This document shows positions 17,953 through 27,212 of a stretch of 64,000 nt of DNA, in pieces. Source of the stretch: an uncultured Desulfospira sp. (GTDB lineage: Bacteria; Desulfobacterota; Desulfobacteria; Desulfobacterales; Desulfobacteraceae); the NCBI GenBank assembly GCA_963663165.1, contig OY760175.1, positions 6,464,001 to 6,528,000 on the forward strand, given 5' to 3'. The position numbers and the translations under genes were made by a program. Below the pieces are notes generated by a model that did no database searches, was not told the origin of the DNA, and saw nothing but the letters and a program-made list of their open reading frames with translations. Every line of letters begins with the position of its first letter. Within the stretch, counting starts at the first letter, position 1.

Positions 17953-19134
17953 ATGTATATCCCCAGGCTATTAACCCCATTTTTTAAAAGGATTACGGAG
18001 CAGTTTCCGGCAGTCCTGATTACAGGTCCCCGGCAGTCAGGCAAGTCTACCCTTTTGCTGGAGGAAATGAAAAATTGTCCTTATGTCGCCTTTGATGATC
18101 CGTTGAACAGGGAATTCGCCCTGAAAGATCCCAATGCATTTCTGGACCAGTTTGATCAGGCCACTGTAATTTTGGATGAAATCCAGTATGTTCCTGAATT
18201 GCTACAGTATATAAAGATCCGGATTGACAGGCATAAAAAGGCCGGGAACTGGATTATGACCGGATCCCAGCAGTTTCATCTGATGAGAAACGTCAGTGAA
18301 TCACTGGCCGGAAGAATTGCCGTACTTGAACTGGCCCCGTTCTGTTTTCCGGAAATTATCCACCGGCTTTCCCCCTCCCTTGAGGAGATTATCTGGACCG
18401 GGCTTTTCCCTGATCCTGCCTGCACCCCTGGGAAACGCGAGATTTGGCTTAGATCTTACATACAAACTTATATTGAAAGAGATGTCCGGCAGCTTGAGGC
18501 GGTTAAAAATTTCAGGGCCTTTGAATTGTTTGTGAATCTTTCAGCTGCCTTTCATTCCCAGGAATTTCATCCGGCAAGACTGGCCAGGGAATGCGGCGTC
18601 AGCCAGCCGACAATCAAATCCTGGTGCCATTTACTTGAGACATCGTATATCGCGGTCACCCTGCCGCCGTTTTATAAAAATTTTGGAAAAAGATTAATTA
18701 AAACCCCCAAATTTTATTTTCTGGATCCGGCCCTTGTCTGCTACCTGACCCGGCAGCCATCCCGGGAAGCGGCACTCTCAGGCAGCATGGGCGGCAGCCT
18801 TTTCGAAGGATTGATGGTTGCAGAAGCGGTTAAATATTTTTTCAATTCAGGGAAAAAACCGCCGGTGTATTTCTGGAGATCCGCAGGGGGGCTGGAGGTT
18901 GATTTGATCATCGAATCAACTGGCAAGCTTTGGCCTGTCGAGATAAAACTGACAGCCACCCCGACGGCCAAACATGCCGATCCCTTAAACCAATTTAAAA
19001 AACTTGCCGGCAGCCAGGCCGCGGATAAAGGATGCATTGTCTGCCGGACAAAAGAATCCCGGCAGCTTCCCGGAAATAATGTGGCGCTGCCATGGCAGGA
19101 GTTTCATCAGTACCTGGCATCCATAACCGCATAG
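17953..19134 (+). CDS. AAA_14 family ATPase with DUF4143 (PD-(D/E)xK-like) C-terminal domain
   Basis: GPRQSGKST, ILDEIQ, TGSQ, SESLAGR, TYIERDVR, KTPKFYFLD, FWR..G-EVDLII, PVEIK. Confidence 0.9.
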   Translation: MYIPRLLTPFFKRITEQFPAVLITGPRQSGKSTLLLEEMKNCPYVAFDDPLNREFALKDPNAFLDQFDQATVILDEIQYVPELLQYIKIRIDRHKKAGNWIMTGSQQFHLMRNVSESLAGRIAVLELAPFCFPEIIHRLSPSLEEIIWTGLFPDPACTPGKREIWLRSYIQTYIERDVRQLEAVKNFRAFELFVNLSAAFHSQEFHPARLARECGVSQPTIKSWCHLLETSYIAVTLPPFYKNFGKRLIKTPKFYFLDPALVCYLTRQPSREAALSGSMGGSLFEGLMVAEAVKYFFNSGKKPPVYFWRSAGGLEVDLIIESTGKLWPVEIKLTATPTAKHADPLNQFKKLAGSQAADKGCIVCRTKESRQLPGNNVALPWQEFHQYLASITA

Positions 19135-19153
19135 CAGCACGGTTGCCGTTTTA

Positions 19154-20326
19154 TCAGCCAGCCTCATCCATGGCCCGTTTAAATCCGTCAAAAGATCCTT
19201 TAATAGTCTGCTCGGGCACGGCATAACAGAGCCTGAAATAGCCGGGCCCGCCGAACCCTGTGCCGGGAACGGCCAGGATATTCTGTTTTTTCAGAATGTT
19301 GATAAATTCAATGTCGTTTTCTATGGGGCTTTTGGGGAACAGGTAAAAGGCCCCTTCGGGGATATTGAATTCATACCCGGCAGCGGTGAGTCCCTCCATA
19401 AAGATATCCCGCCGTTTGCGGTAAATACCAATATCCACCGTAACGCCCTGAAGGCGTCCTGCCAGATGCTGGAACAGGGCCGGAGAATTGACCACCATCA
19501 TGCTGTTGATGGCCCCTGCGGCCATGGCCACAAGCTGAGCATCTTCAGCCTTTGGGTTAACGGCCAGGTATCCGATGCGTTCCCCGGCCAGGGACAACTC
19601 CTTGGAATAAGAGGTCAGGACGATGGTATGGTCATAAATCCCGAACATCCACGGCACCTCAATGTCATAGGCGATTTTCCGGTAAGGTTCGTCAGAGATC
19701 AGGTAGATCCGTCTGCCGAATTCTTTGCTTTTCCGGTCCAGAAGCTGCCCTAACAATTCCAGTTCCTGGTTTGAATAGACCACGCCGGTGGGATTGTTCG
19801 GGGAGTTGATCAGCATGACCCTGGTTTTGGGGGTCAGGGCTTTTTCAATGGCCTCAAGGTCCAGATGAAAATCCGGCAGGGAAGGGGCCAGGTTCAGGTT
19901 GGCATCGGAAATAAAGGCATACTGGCTGTACCCCACAAAATAGGGGCTTGGTACCAGGATATCATCTCCAGGATTCACCAGGGCCTTTAAGGTGTCGTTC
20001 AAAGCCCCGGCCGCGCCCACGGTCATGACCACCAGGTCAGGGGTAATGCCGACGCCGGTCTCTTGGTTCAGGTAATCGGCCACGGCCTTGCGCACATGGG
20101 CAAAGCCGGCATTGGGCATATACCCGTGGGTGATGTCCTTGTCGTTGATCAGGTCCAGCAGGGTCTGTTTGACCAGCGGCGGCGGGGGGACGTCCGGGTT
20201 CCCCAGGGAAAAATCAAATACATTATCGGCCCCGAATTTTTCTTTGAGCCGGATACCTTCTTCAAACATCTTCCGGATCATGGAAGCCGCTTCAACAAAG
20301 TTGACCATTTTGTCTGCAATGGGCAT
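19154..20326 (-). CDS. Class I PLP-dependent aminotransferase (aspartate aminotransferase-like)
   Basis: FSLGNPD, INSPNNPTG, SDEPY, SYSK..LAGERIGY, GAFYLF, VPG-GFG. Confidence 0.93.
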   Translation of the reverse strand: MPIADKMVNFVEAASMIRKMFEEGIRLKEKFGADNVFDFSLGNPDVPPPPLVKQTLLDLINDKDITHGYMPNAGFAHVRKAVADYLNQETGVGITPDLVVMTVGAAGALNDTLKALVNPGDDILVPSPYFVGYSQYAFISDANLNLAPSLPDFHLDLEAIEKALTPKTRVMLINSPNNPTGVVYSNQELELLGQLLDRKSKEFGRRIYLISDEPYRKIAYDIEVPWMFGIYDHTIVLTSYSKELSLAGERIGYLAVNPKAEDAQLVAMAAGAINSMMVVNSPALFQHLAGRLQGVTVDIGIYRKRRDIFMEGLTAAGYEFNIPEGAFYLFPKSPIENDIEFINILKKQNILAVPGTGFGGPGYFRLCYAVPEQTIKGSFDGFKRAMDEAG

Positions 20327-20359
20327 GGATTACCTTCCTTATTATAATGGGCTTTAAAC

Positions 20360-20460
20360 TTTAGACCTCAGACCTCAGGCTTGGGATTGATGTCCAACTT
20401 GTTTTTTTGTATCCAAAGTCCAATGTCTCAAGTCTCAAGTCCCAGGTCCCAAGTCTCGGG
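20360..20460. repeat. AGTCTCA/TGAGACT-type heptamer inverted array
   Basis: tttagacctcagacctcaggcttggga versus aatgtctcaagtctcaagtcccaggtcccaagtctc. Confidence 0.7.
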
Positions 20461-20792
20461 GTTACCATATCTCAAAATCTATAAAACCAAAACCGTTTTT
20501 TCATGGCAGAAAGTCGCACCATACTGCCATTCGTTCACTGTCCGCCGCAAGACAGGATAAATACGCCGGCTATGGTTCTTTTTTTATGTGTTTAACACCA
20601 AACCGTTATCTTCGAAATTAAAGTTTTTTTGGGTTTTGTTAGCGCAGATTAAGGATTCTGAGCAAAAATAGCCGGCAAAGAAGCGGTAACCACAAGAAAA
20701 AATGGTTTCTTAAGAACGAATGACAAAATAATAAGCCATAAATTCAATTGGTTATTTCTTTCAAGGCAAAGAGCCTACAGCCTGACAAGAGA

Positions 20793-20822
20793 TCTAATCA
20801 AATTCTAATGGATATATAACAT
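20793..20822 (+). promoter_or_regulatory. Three direct repeats at 11-bp period (Pho-box-like)
   Basis: TAATC 20795, TAATG 20806, TAACA 20817. Confidence 0.45.
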
Positions 20823-20987
20823 ATCTCGGATATAAACATGGGTTAGAATCAAGTTTAACACTGGATTTTTCTAATTCTTTGAAATTATGGGATAATAATT
20901 GATCAAAAAACAAGGAAACAAATCCTCGCCGAAAACTAATTTTTCATTAATTCCCAACTAATATTGGGAGCGTAAAACAGTATTGAT

Positions 20988-21135
20988 CTTGAAAGAAAAG
21001 CCACACCCCGGGTGACCGGGGGTCGGAAAGCCACGGGTCTTGTTTTAAAAAAAGGGAAAACGGGGACAAACAAAAAAATCAAACCCCCCAACATCCAAAA
21101 CTCAAACAAAACAAGACAGCCGCGCCGCCTCACAA
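20988..21135 (+). ncRNA. c-di-GMP-I (GEMM-I) riboswitch with expanded P3 loop
   Basis: AAAGCCACACCCCGG-GTGA-CCGGGGGTCGGAAAGCCACGGGTCTTGTTTT...AAAACAAGACAGCCGCGCCGCC matches GEMM-I architecture (GNRA-capped P2, GGAAAG junction, P3, GACAGCC..GCC). Confidence 0.8.
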
Positions 21136-21178
21136 AAAAAAGTTAGACACAATTTAATTTAGGAGGAAATTTAAGAAA

Positions 21179-21874
21179 ATGAAGAAATTATTTGTAACTT
21201 TTTCGGCGGCTTTCCTGATGCTTTGGGCTGCAGCCGCTGCTTCTGCAGCAAGCTTCGATTATGGTAGTCTTGTTCTAAGCATATACAGCGAAGACACTAC
21301 CACTGAGTATGGCATTGATCTGGGTAGTCTGGATGACTTGATCGCTATGAGTAACGAAACCCTGACGTTTAGTTATAACATTGACACAGATAGTGACTGG
21401 TATGTTGCCCTCTTTTCTAGTACCGGGTCTAACGCATACACTACCACAGTAACTGTCGGAACCACAAGCGCAACTGAGTTAAGCAATTACTGGAGTGTAA
21501 TTTCCAATGCAGCTAACTCCATGACAAAAGTAATGCAATATTACACTGGCCTTGAATTGGACGGTGGGGTGGTTACGGGAAGCACTTCAGACAATAACAG
21601 CTACGCCAAAAATCTGAAAAAGACCTATGGTGGTGTAACGGTTCTCAGTTCTATTGGGGAACTTGATGCCGATTATGTAGACCTTTACCTCTATAATTTC
21701 CTTTACGGTACTGACTACAATACCATTCAGGTAACCGAAAGTGATGCTTTAGCCCTTATTAGGGTATATGCAGACGGTACAGTTGTGATCAACCCTGTGC
21801 CTGTTCCCAGCACAATGATCCTTCTCGGTTCGGGCCTGTTGGGTCTTATTGGAATTAGAAGAAAACACAGCTAA
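21179..21874 (+). CDS. PEP-CTERM (VPVP variant) sorting-domain surface protein
   Basis: Signal peptide, Ser/Thr/Asp/Tyr-rich body, C-terminal PVPVPSTMILLGSGLLGLIGIRRKHS; strong AGGAGG RBS. Confidence 0.88.
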   Translation: MKKLFVTFSAAFLMLWAAAAASAASFDYGSLVLSIYSEDTTTEYGIDLGSLDDLIAMSNETLTFSYNIDTDSDWYVALFSSTGSNAYTTTVTVGTTSATELSNYWSVISNAANSMTKVMQYYTGLELDGGVVTGSTSDNNSYAKNLKKTYGGVTVLSSIGELDADYVDLYLYNFLYGTDYNTIQVTESDALALIRVYADGTVVINPVPVPSTMILLGSGLLGLIGIRRKHS

Positions 21875-21902
21875 CTAAAAAAGTAAAATAAAGGAAAAGA
21901 AC

Positions 21903-23297
21903 ATGTTTAAGAAAATCGTTAAGGGGCTGGTAGTTGGTGGCGCCGGGCTTATCCTGGCCACTTCCGCAGTGCAGGCGGAACAATATGAAATTAATATTTA
22001 CGGGGCATCTGCCCAGTACAAATTCTGGACGGAAGCAGCCCCCTTATTCTTGATTAATCAAGGATGTGATGCCAGCGACGTTTACCATGCTGTAGATGAA
22101 GATCAGTACTCCCGCGATGCCGGTATCGCTTTTTGCGCCGGTTCCGACGCCATTGCCGGATATGAAGGAGAAGGCTTGGGCGGAGAAGGAGATTCTCTTA
22201 TTATCCGGTATACCACCAATGCTTCATATGACGGTATCCGTGCTGTTACAGGCGATACTCAGGAAAATGCCGACGCACAGTATTGTTCTGAATATACCCA
22301 CCGTTACATGCCGGTAGCTGATGATGAGACGGCTAACTACAAACAGTATTCCGCTGCGGACCCTGATCCGGGTGAAGGCCTTGGGGCTTTTGCTTGTTAT
22401 GATGTAAATGTTGGTGCTTCTGATGTTGCCGCTGAAACGTTCAACCAGGAATCCGAAGGATATGCACTTGGATACATACCCAATGATGACGGCTCCTATA
22501 CAACCATGTCTTCAAGTATTAAATACCCGGATTTCCTGAATGATCCCGATATCGACGATAAAGTTGAAGCCAATCAGATGGTCGTTGTTCCGTTTGGTTT
22601 TTATGCCAACAATGGTGGATATCTGGACAGCAACAACGAGCTTCAGACTGACAGCGAAAAGGCGGTTCCTTTTGATAACCTGAGCCGCCTGATGGCCGTT
22701 TCACTGTTTTCTGGCCAGGTGGCCAACTGGGATGACTTTGATCCCGCCCTTGACAGCCAGCAGGTGGTACTTTGTCTGCGTCATGCAGGTTCCGGCACTC
22801 ATGCCACCCTGGATGCTGCTGTAATGCGCGGAGATGCCAATCTGGTAACTGCTCAGGCTGACCCCAGCACTATAATTCCAGTTGCTTTAGGGTATCTGCC
22901 CCAGGTTTGGTTCAACAAAGGATCTTCAGATGAATTAAGATGTGTTGGTAAAAGACTTGGTGCGGTGGGATATGCTGATGCTGATAAATGCACGACCAGC
23001 TGCCAGGCGGGTACCAAATACGGTAAAGTAAAAGCCCTGACATATCAGGGTGTAGCACCGACTGCCACTACCATTAAAAATGGTCAGTATCTGTTCTGGG
23101 CTTCCCAGTATCTGTATGTTGGGGAAGACGACGACGATACCAAAGATTACATTGATGCAATGATCACCTGGGCTGCGGACGGTGCCAACATGGCATCTAA
23201 AAAAGCAGGTTACTGGGCTGCTAAAGACGATATGATGTGGACCAAAAGTGATGATTATGCCTACCCGATAAAAACCGGAGATTACGTGGCAGAATAA
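21903..23297 (+). CDS. Secreted PstS-like (phosphate-binding fold) protein
   Basis: Signal peptide; IYGASA, GASDV, VVPFGF, NLSR...FSGQVANW, RHAGSGT, NKGSS, GAVGYA, NGQYLFW as in PstS/PBP_like_2 proteins; 8 Cys. Confidence 0.65.
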   Translation: MFKKIVKGLVVGGAGLILATSAVQAEQYEINIYGASAQYKFWTEAAPLFLINQGCDASDVYHAVDEDQYSRDAGIAFCAGSDAIAGYEGEGLGGEGDSLIIRYTTNASYDGIRAVTGDTQENADAQYCSEYTHRYMPVADDETANYKQYSAADPDPGEGLGAFACYDVNVGASDVAAETFNQESEGYALGYIPNDDGSYTTMSSSIKYPDFLNDPDIDDKVEANQMVVVPFGFYANNGGYLDSNNELQTDSEKAVPFDNLSRLMAVSLFSGQVANWDDFDPALDSQQVVLCLRHAGSGTHATLDAAVMRGDANLVTAQADPSTIIPVALGYLPQVWFNKGSSDELRCVGKRLGAVGYADADKCTTSCQAGTKYGKVKALTYQGVAPTATTIKNGQYLFWASQYLYVGEDDDDTKDYIDAMITWAADGANMASKKAGYWAAKDDMMWTKSDDYAYPIKTGDYVAE

Positions 23298-23336
23298 AAC
23301 TAAAAACAGCGTGTGCATAGTGTATTGAATGCACGC

Positions 23337-23371
23337 AAGGCGGGCCTGCATAGACAGGCCCGCCTTTTTTT
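23337..23371 (+). terminator. Rho-independent terminator
   Basis: AAGGCGGGCCTG-cataga-CAGGCCCGCCTT followed by T run. Confidence 0.85.
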
Positions 23372-23495
23372 GAATAACCGTCTAACTTATTCCTAATATA
23401 AAGATGTTATATGAAGTGTTTTAACAGGGTTCCGGTGTTGTTTTACTTTAATTTATTTGAAACATATTGAGTCGGTTTTTTTAGGAAAAGTGGTA

Positions 23496-24356
23496 ATGCG
23501 TATGATCAGAAATAGAGTATCTGCGGCATGGGCTGCGATAATTTTTGTTTTGTTGTTGTCAGGGTGTATCAGTTCTCAAGGAGAGAAACCCATTCACGGT
23601 CCTAAAGTGGAGAAAGGAGAATGGGTGAAAGTAAACTATACGTGCAGTGCAAAAGGACAAGGCGTTTTCGAAACTACGGACTCCAATGTCATAAATGATT
23701 TAGACATAAAAAAATCCAGGGTCTTTTCCCCACTGGCTGATCCTAAGCCGGTAAATATTCTGGCCGGTATGGATCAGCCTGGACAGCCGCCGTGGAAACT
23801 TAAAGATATGACACCTGAGATACGTAACAAACTCGCTCTGACTTTGGTGGGCCGTAATTATGGAAGCACGTATGAAACGGTGATTGAATCCGTTGTACCG
23901 GAAGGTATGGAGGACAATAACCGGTATCGGTTTGTAAAAAAAACCCGACGGGTTCCTAGAGTACGGAAGATACCAATAAATGATTATCTGGCCGGACACG
24001 GGAAAATACCTGTGGTAGGGGAAAAATTATATGACAAGGCTGGAAGCGATTCTTTACAAAATCCTTTTGCTACCGTAGTCGCAGTAGACAACAATGATGT
24101 CAGCATAGAGCTAATTGCAGGGAATGGAAATAGATCAGATTTGCCATGGGGAACATTAAAAACTGTTGATAAAGGGGATAAAAACACAGTGACTGTCGTG
24201 TTGGAATCTGAAGTCGGGTTGTTGGTCAGGACAGGACCAGTTGTGGGCAGGGTAGTGGAGATTAATGATAAAACCGTTAAGATTGATTATGGTCACCCGT
24301 TTGCCGGGGAAATTCTAGAGTGCCATGTCGACATACTGGATAAGGAAACAGACTGA
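23496..24356 (+). CDS. FKBP/SlyD-type peptidyl-prolyl isomerase-like lipoprotein
   Basis: Lipobox LSGC; VEKGEWVKVNYT..GVFETT N-strand and IDYGHPFAGEIL C-terminal SlyD motif. Confidence 0.7.
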   Translation: MRMIRNRVSAAWAAIIFVLLLSGCISSQGEKPIHGPKVEKGEWVKVNYTCSAKGQGVFETTDSNVINDLDIKKSRVFSPLADPKPVNILAGMDQPGQPPWKLKDMTPEIRNKLALTLVGRNYGSTYETVIESVVPEGMEDNNRYRFVKKTRRVPRVRKIPINDYLAGHGKIPVVGEKLYDKAGSDSLQNPFATVVAVDNNDVSIELIAGNGNRSDLPWGTLKTVDKGDKNTVTVVLESEVGLLVRTGPVVGRVVEINDKTVKIDYGHPFAGEILECHVDILDKETD

Positions 24357-25579
24357 TGAAACAATGGGTTTATATATTGGTCGTGCTATCCTGTTTTATG
24401 TCGGCCTGTATCTCTACAAAAACAGAGGTCTGCTCAGAGAATAAAGCGCAAATATCTACATCGGAAGAGATCTCCAGTCCTTCTGAAATGGCGGCAGACC
24501 GGAAAGCCGAATTTTCTAAGCGGATCAAAGAGGCGGTCGAAAAGGCACAACAGCAGGGGGCGACAAAGGTAGACATTTACCTTGATGAGGACCCTGATAT
24601 TGTGCAGATAAACGATGTTGTCACCTTACGATATCAGGCTGTCTTAGATACCGGCGCTACCTTGTCGTCAAGCAGTCAGACCCAGATTGTTGCCGGTCGC
24701 CCGGAATCTGTCCCCGGCATCGGCACGGCCGTGCTGGGCATGGGATTTGAGAAAAAAAAGGTCCGGATTAAACCTGGTGAGGCCTTTGGGGAATGGCAAA
24801 AAGACAGGGAGAAACATCTGCCCCGGGTCCAGGCCATACCGGTCCATGTGGAAATAAGCACATCCGCGTTTAAAGAGAAATTTAACAAAAATCCTGAAAC
24901 AGGAGAGCGCATCAGGCTGAATCCATATTTTGAATCTGAAGTGACTGAGATAACCAATGATAAAATTCAGATTAATAATCTGGCCATGGACGGATATAGA
25001 GATAAGGCTTCCTTTGGCGAAACTATGATTACTGTAAAAGACGGGACAATTTTTCTACAGTTGACCCCAGTCATTGGCGCCGAGTTCCCCTTGGGCAAAC
25101 AGAAGGGGAGGATTTCATCCTATGGAGGCAACACTTTTATAGTCGACCTGAACCACCCTTTGGCCGGACATGCTCTTGATCTGAATATCGAAGTGACCTC
25201 TATTGTCAAAGCCTCTGATGCGGCCAAAAGACAAATCCCCTGGATCACCGATTATGATACCGGAATGGAACAGGCTATGGCCCAGGAAAAAGACATGGTT
25301 TTGGTTCTTTACGCATCCTGGTGCCCCTGGTGCAAAAAGCTGTTAACCCAGACCTTTGAGGACCCCAGGATAAGGCTGCTCAATGATAAGTTTGTTTTTG
25401 TTAAAGCCAATTCCGAAGAAAATACGGACTTAAAAGAGGTCTATGAGCAGGATGGGTTTCCCCTAACGGTATTAACTGATCCCGGGGGCCGGGTGATCAG
25501 AAAATTTGAAGGTTTTAAAAACGCCCCTCAGCTTTTATCGGAACTTGAAGCGCTTCTAAAATCTAACTCTCGCAGCTGA
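24356..25579 (+). CDS. FKBP/SlyD-type lipoprotein fused to thioredoxin-like domain
   Basis: Lipobox MSAC; PGIGTAVLGM..IKPGEAFG, VDLNHPLAG; C-terminal YASWCPWCKKL..GFP. Confidence 0.78.
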   Translation: MKQWVYILVVLSCFMSACISTKTEVCSENKAQISTSEEISSPSEMAADRKAEFSKRIKEAVEKAQQQGATKVDIYLDEDPDIVQINDVVTLRYQAVLDTGATLSSSSQTQIVAGRPESVPGIGTAVLGMGFEKKKVRIKPGEAFGEWQKDREKHLPRVQAIPVHVEISTSAFKEKFNKNPETGERIRLNPYFESEVTEITNDKIQINNLAMDGYRDKASFGETMITVKDGTIFLQLTPVIGAEFPLGKQKGRISSYGGNTFIVDLNHPLAGHALDLNIEVTSIVKASDAAKRQIPWITDYDTGMEQAMAQEKDMVLVLYASWCPWCKKLLTQTFEDPRIRLLNDKFVFVKANSEENTDLKEVYEQDGFPLTVLTDPGGRVIRKFEGFKNAPQLLSELEALLKSNSRS

Positions 25580-25595
25580 TAAGCCTGACAACGCC

Positions 25596-27179
25596 ATGCA
25601 CCGGGAAAAACATTATTTGATGAAATATATTCACCTTCTGTTATTGGTCTGGATTTTTTACCTTTTTCCATTCTTAAGCCATGGGGCGGAGCCTGAACCG
25701 GCGGCAGAGGATAAGGTTACTTTTGCTATCTATTCTTACGATATTAAAGGAAACACCCTGTTGGACAGTGGCACTTTAATTGAGGTTCTGAGTGAATTTA
25801 CCGGGTTTGGAAAAACAGCTCAGGATGTGGAGTGGGCCAGGGACGCCCTGGAAGCGGCTTACCATGAAACGGGTTTCCCCACTGTTTTGGTCAACATTCC
25901 AGAGCAAACCGTGGAAGACGGCAAGGTGGTACTTGAAGTGATTGAAAGCCGGATCAAACGGGTCCTGGTAACCGGGAACAAGTATTATACCATGGAACGA
26001 ATCAGAAGCGAACTGCCCAGTGTACAGCCCGGGAAAGTGCTTTACCTGCCAAAGGTCAGAGAAGACCTTGCCCGGCTGAATAGCAGCCCGGACTTAAAAG
26101 TCGGCATGGTATTGATCCCCGGCCGGGAGCTTGGGTTTATCAATGTCGAACTCAAGGTTGAAGACAACCTGCCCCTCCACGGCAGTCTGGAGCTGAACAA
26201 CCGGTGTACCCATACCACTACAGACCTGCGGTTAAACGGGGCGATTCATTTCGACAACATATGGCAGAAAAGCCATTCCCTTAATGCCCAGTTTCAGGTC
26301 TCTCCCGAAGATACCGAGGAAGTTCTTTTGTTTACCGGCTCCTATGCCCTGCCCATGCCCTGGAGCCAGAATCACATGCTCATTGGGTATTATGTGAATT
26401 CAGACAGTGATACCGCTACCGGCGAAGGCCTCTCGGTCATGGGCAAAGGGCAGGTGATCGGACTGCGGTACATGGTGATGCTGCCGGGCACCCCCGCATA
26501 CTCCCAGAATGTGATTATAGGCCTGGACTGGAAAGATTTTGAAGAAGAGATAGAAGGGGTAATTACCCCCATCGAATATATGCCGGTATCCTTTGGATAT
26601 GCCGGCACCCTGTCGGATTCAGGCGGGACCACCCAGTTTTCCGCCGGGCTTAACATGCTGTTCCGCCATAATGCCTTCAGCGGTATGGAAGAGTTTACCA
26701 ATAAGAGGGAAGGGGCTACGGGAAACTATATTTATCTGACTGCCGGTATGGAACGGCGTCAAAAGCTGCCCAAAAATTTTTCCCTGTTTGCGAAGTTGGA
26801 CGGTCAGGTGGCAGACCAGCCCCTGGTTAACAACGAGCAATTTTCCGTGGGGGGGGTGAATTCGGTCCGGGGGTATATGGAAAGTGAACTGCTCGGAGAT
26901 TATGCCATTCATTCGACCGTGGAGTTTTTTGGTCCATCACTGATGAAGAACCATTTTATAATGCCCTATCTGTTTTACGATTGTGCCTGGATCGGAACCA
27001 GGGAACCTCTGGACGGGGAGTATGGCCAGACCTTTATCCATGGTGCCGGTATTGGTATCCATGGCGAATGGAAAAAAATAATTGAGTTTAAACTGGATTG
27101 GGGAATGGCTCTCAAAGATACCGATGATACCAAGCAAGGCGACCAACAAGTCCATTTTAAGGTCTCTATAAAGTTTTAA
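25596..27179 (+). CDS. TpsB (ShlB/FhaC/HecB family) two-partner secretion transporter
   Basis: Signal peptide, POTRA (GNTLL, AY...GFPTVLVNIPEQ), VRGY loop-6 motif, terminal Phe. Confidence 0.9.
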   Translation: MHREKHYLMKYIHLLLLVWIFYLFPFLSHGAEPEPAAEDKVTFAIYSYDIKGNTLLDSGTLIEVLSEFTGFGKTAQDVEWARDALEAAYHETGFPTVLVNIPEQTVEDGKVVLEVIESRIKRVLVTGNKYYTMERIRSELPSVQPGKVLYLPKVREDLARLNSSPDLKVGMVLIPGRELGFINVELKVEDNLPLHGSLELNNRCTHTTTDLRLNGAIHFDNIWQKSHSLNAQFQVSPEDTEEVLLFTGSYALPMPWSQNHMLIGYYVNSDSDTATGEGLSVMGKGQVIGLRYMVMLPGTPAYSQNVIIGLDWKDFEEEIEGVITPIEYMPVSFGYAGTLSDSGGTTQFSAGLNMLFRHNAFSGMEEFTNKREGATGNYIYLTAGMERRQKLPKNFSLFAKLDGQVADQPLVNNEQFSVGGVNSVRGYMESELLGDYAIHSTVEFFGPSLMKNHFIMPYLFYDCAWIGTREPLDGEYGQTFIHGAGIGIHGEWKKIIEFKLDWGMALKDTDDTKQGDQQVHFKVSIKF

Positions 27180-27212
27180 GATAACGAAGCTGGCGTAAAA
27201 GGAACAGGACCC

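Noticed and set aside
20763..20790. AAGGCAAA suggesting a second GEMM riboswitch
   Set aside because: No P2 hairpin or GCAAAG/GGAAAG junction follows.
20936..21133. 65-aa minus-strand ORF
   Set aside because: It is antisense to the riboswitch, has low-complexity composition and lacks an RBS.
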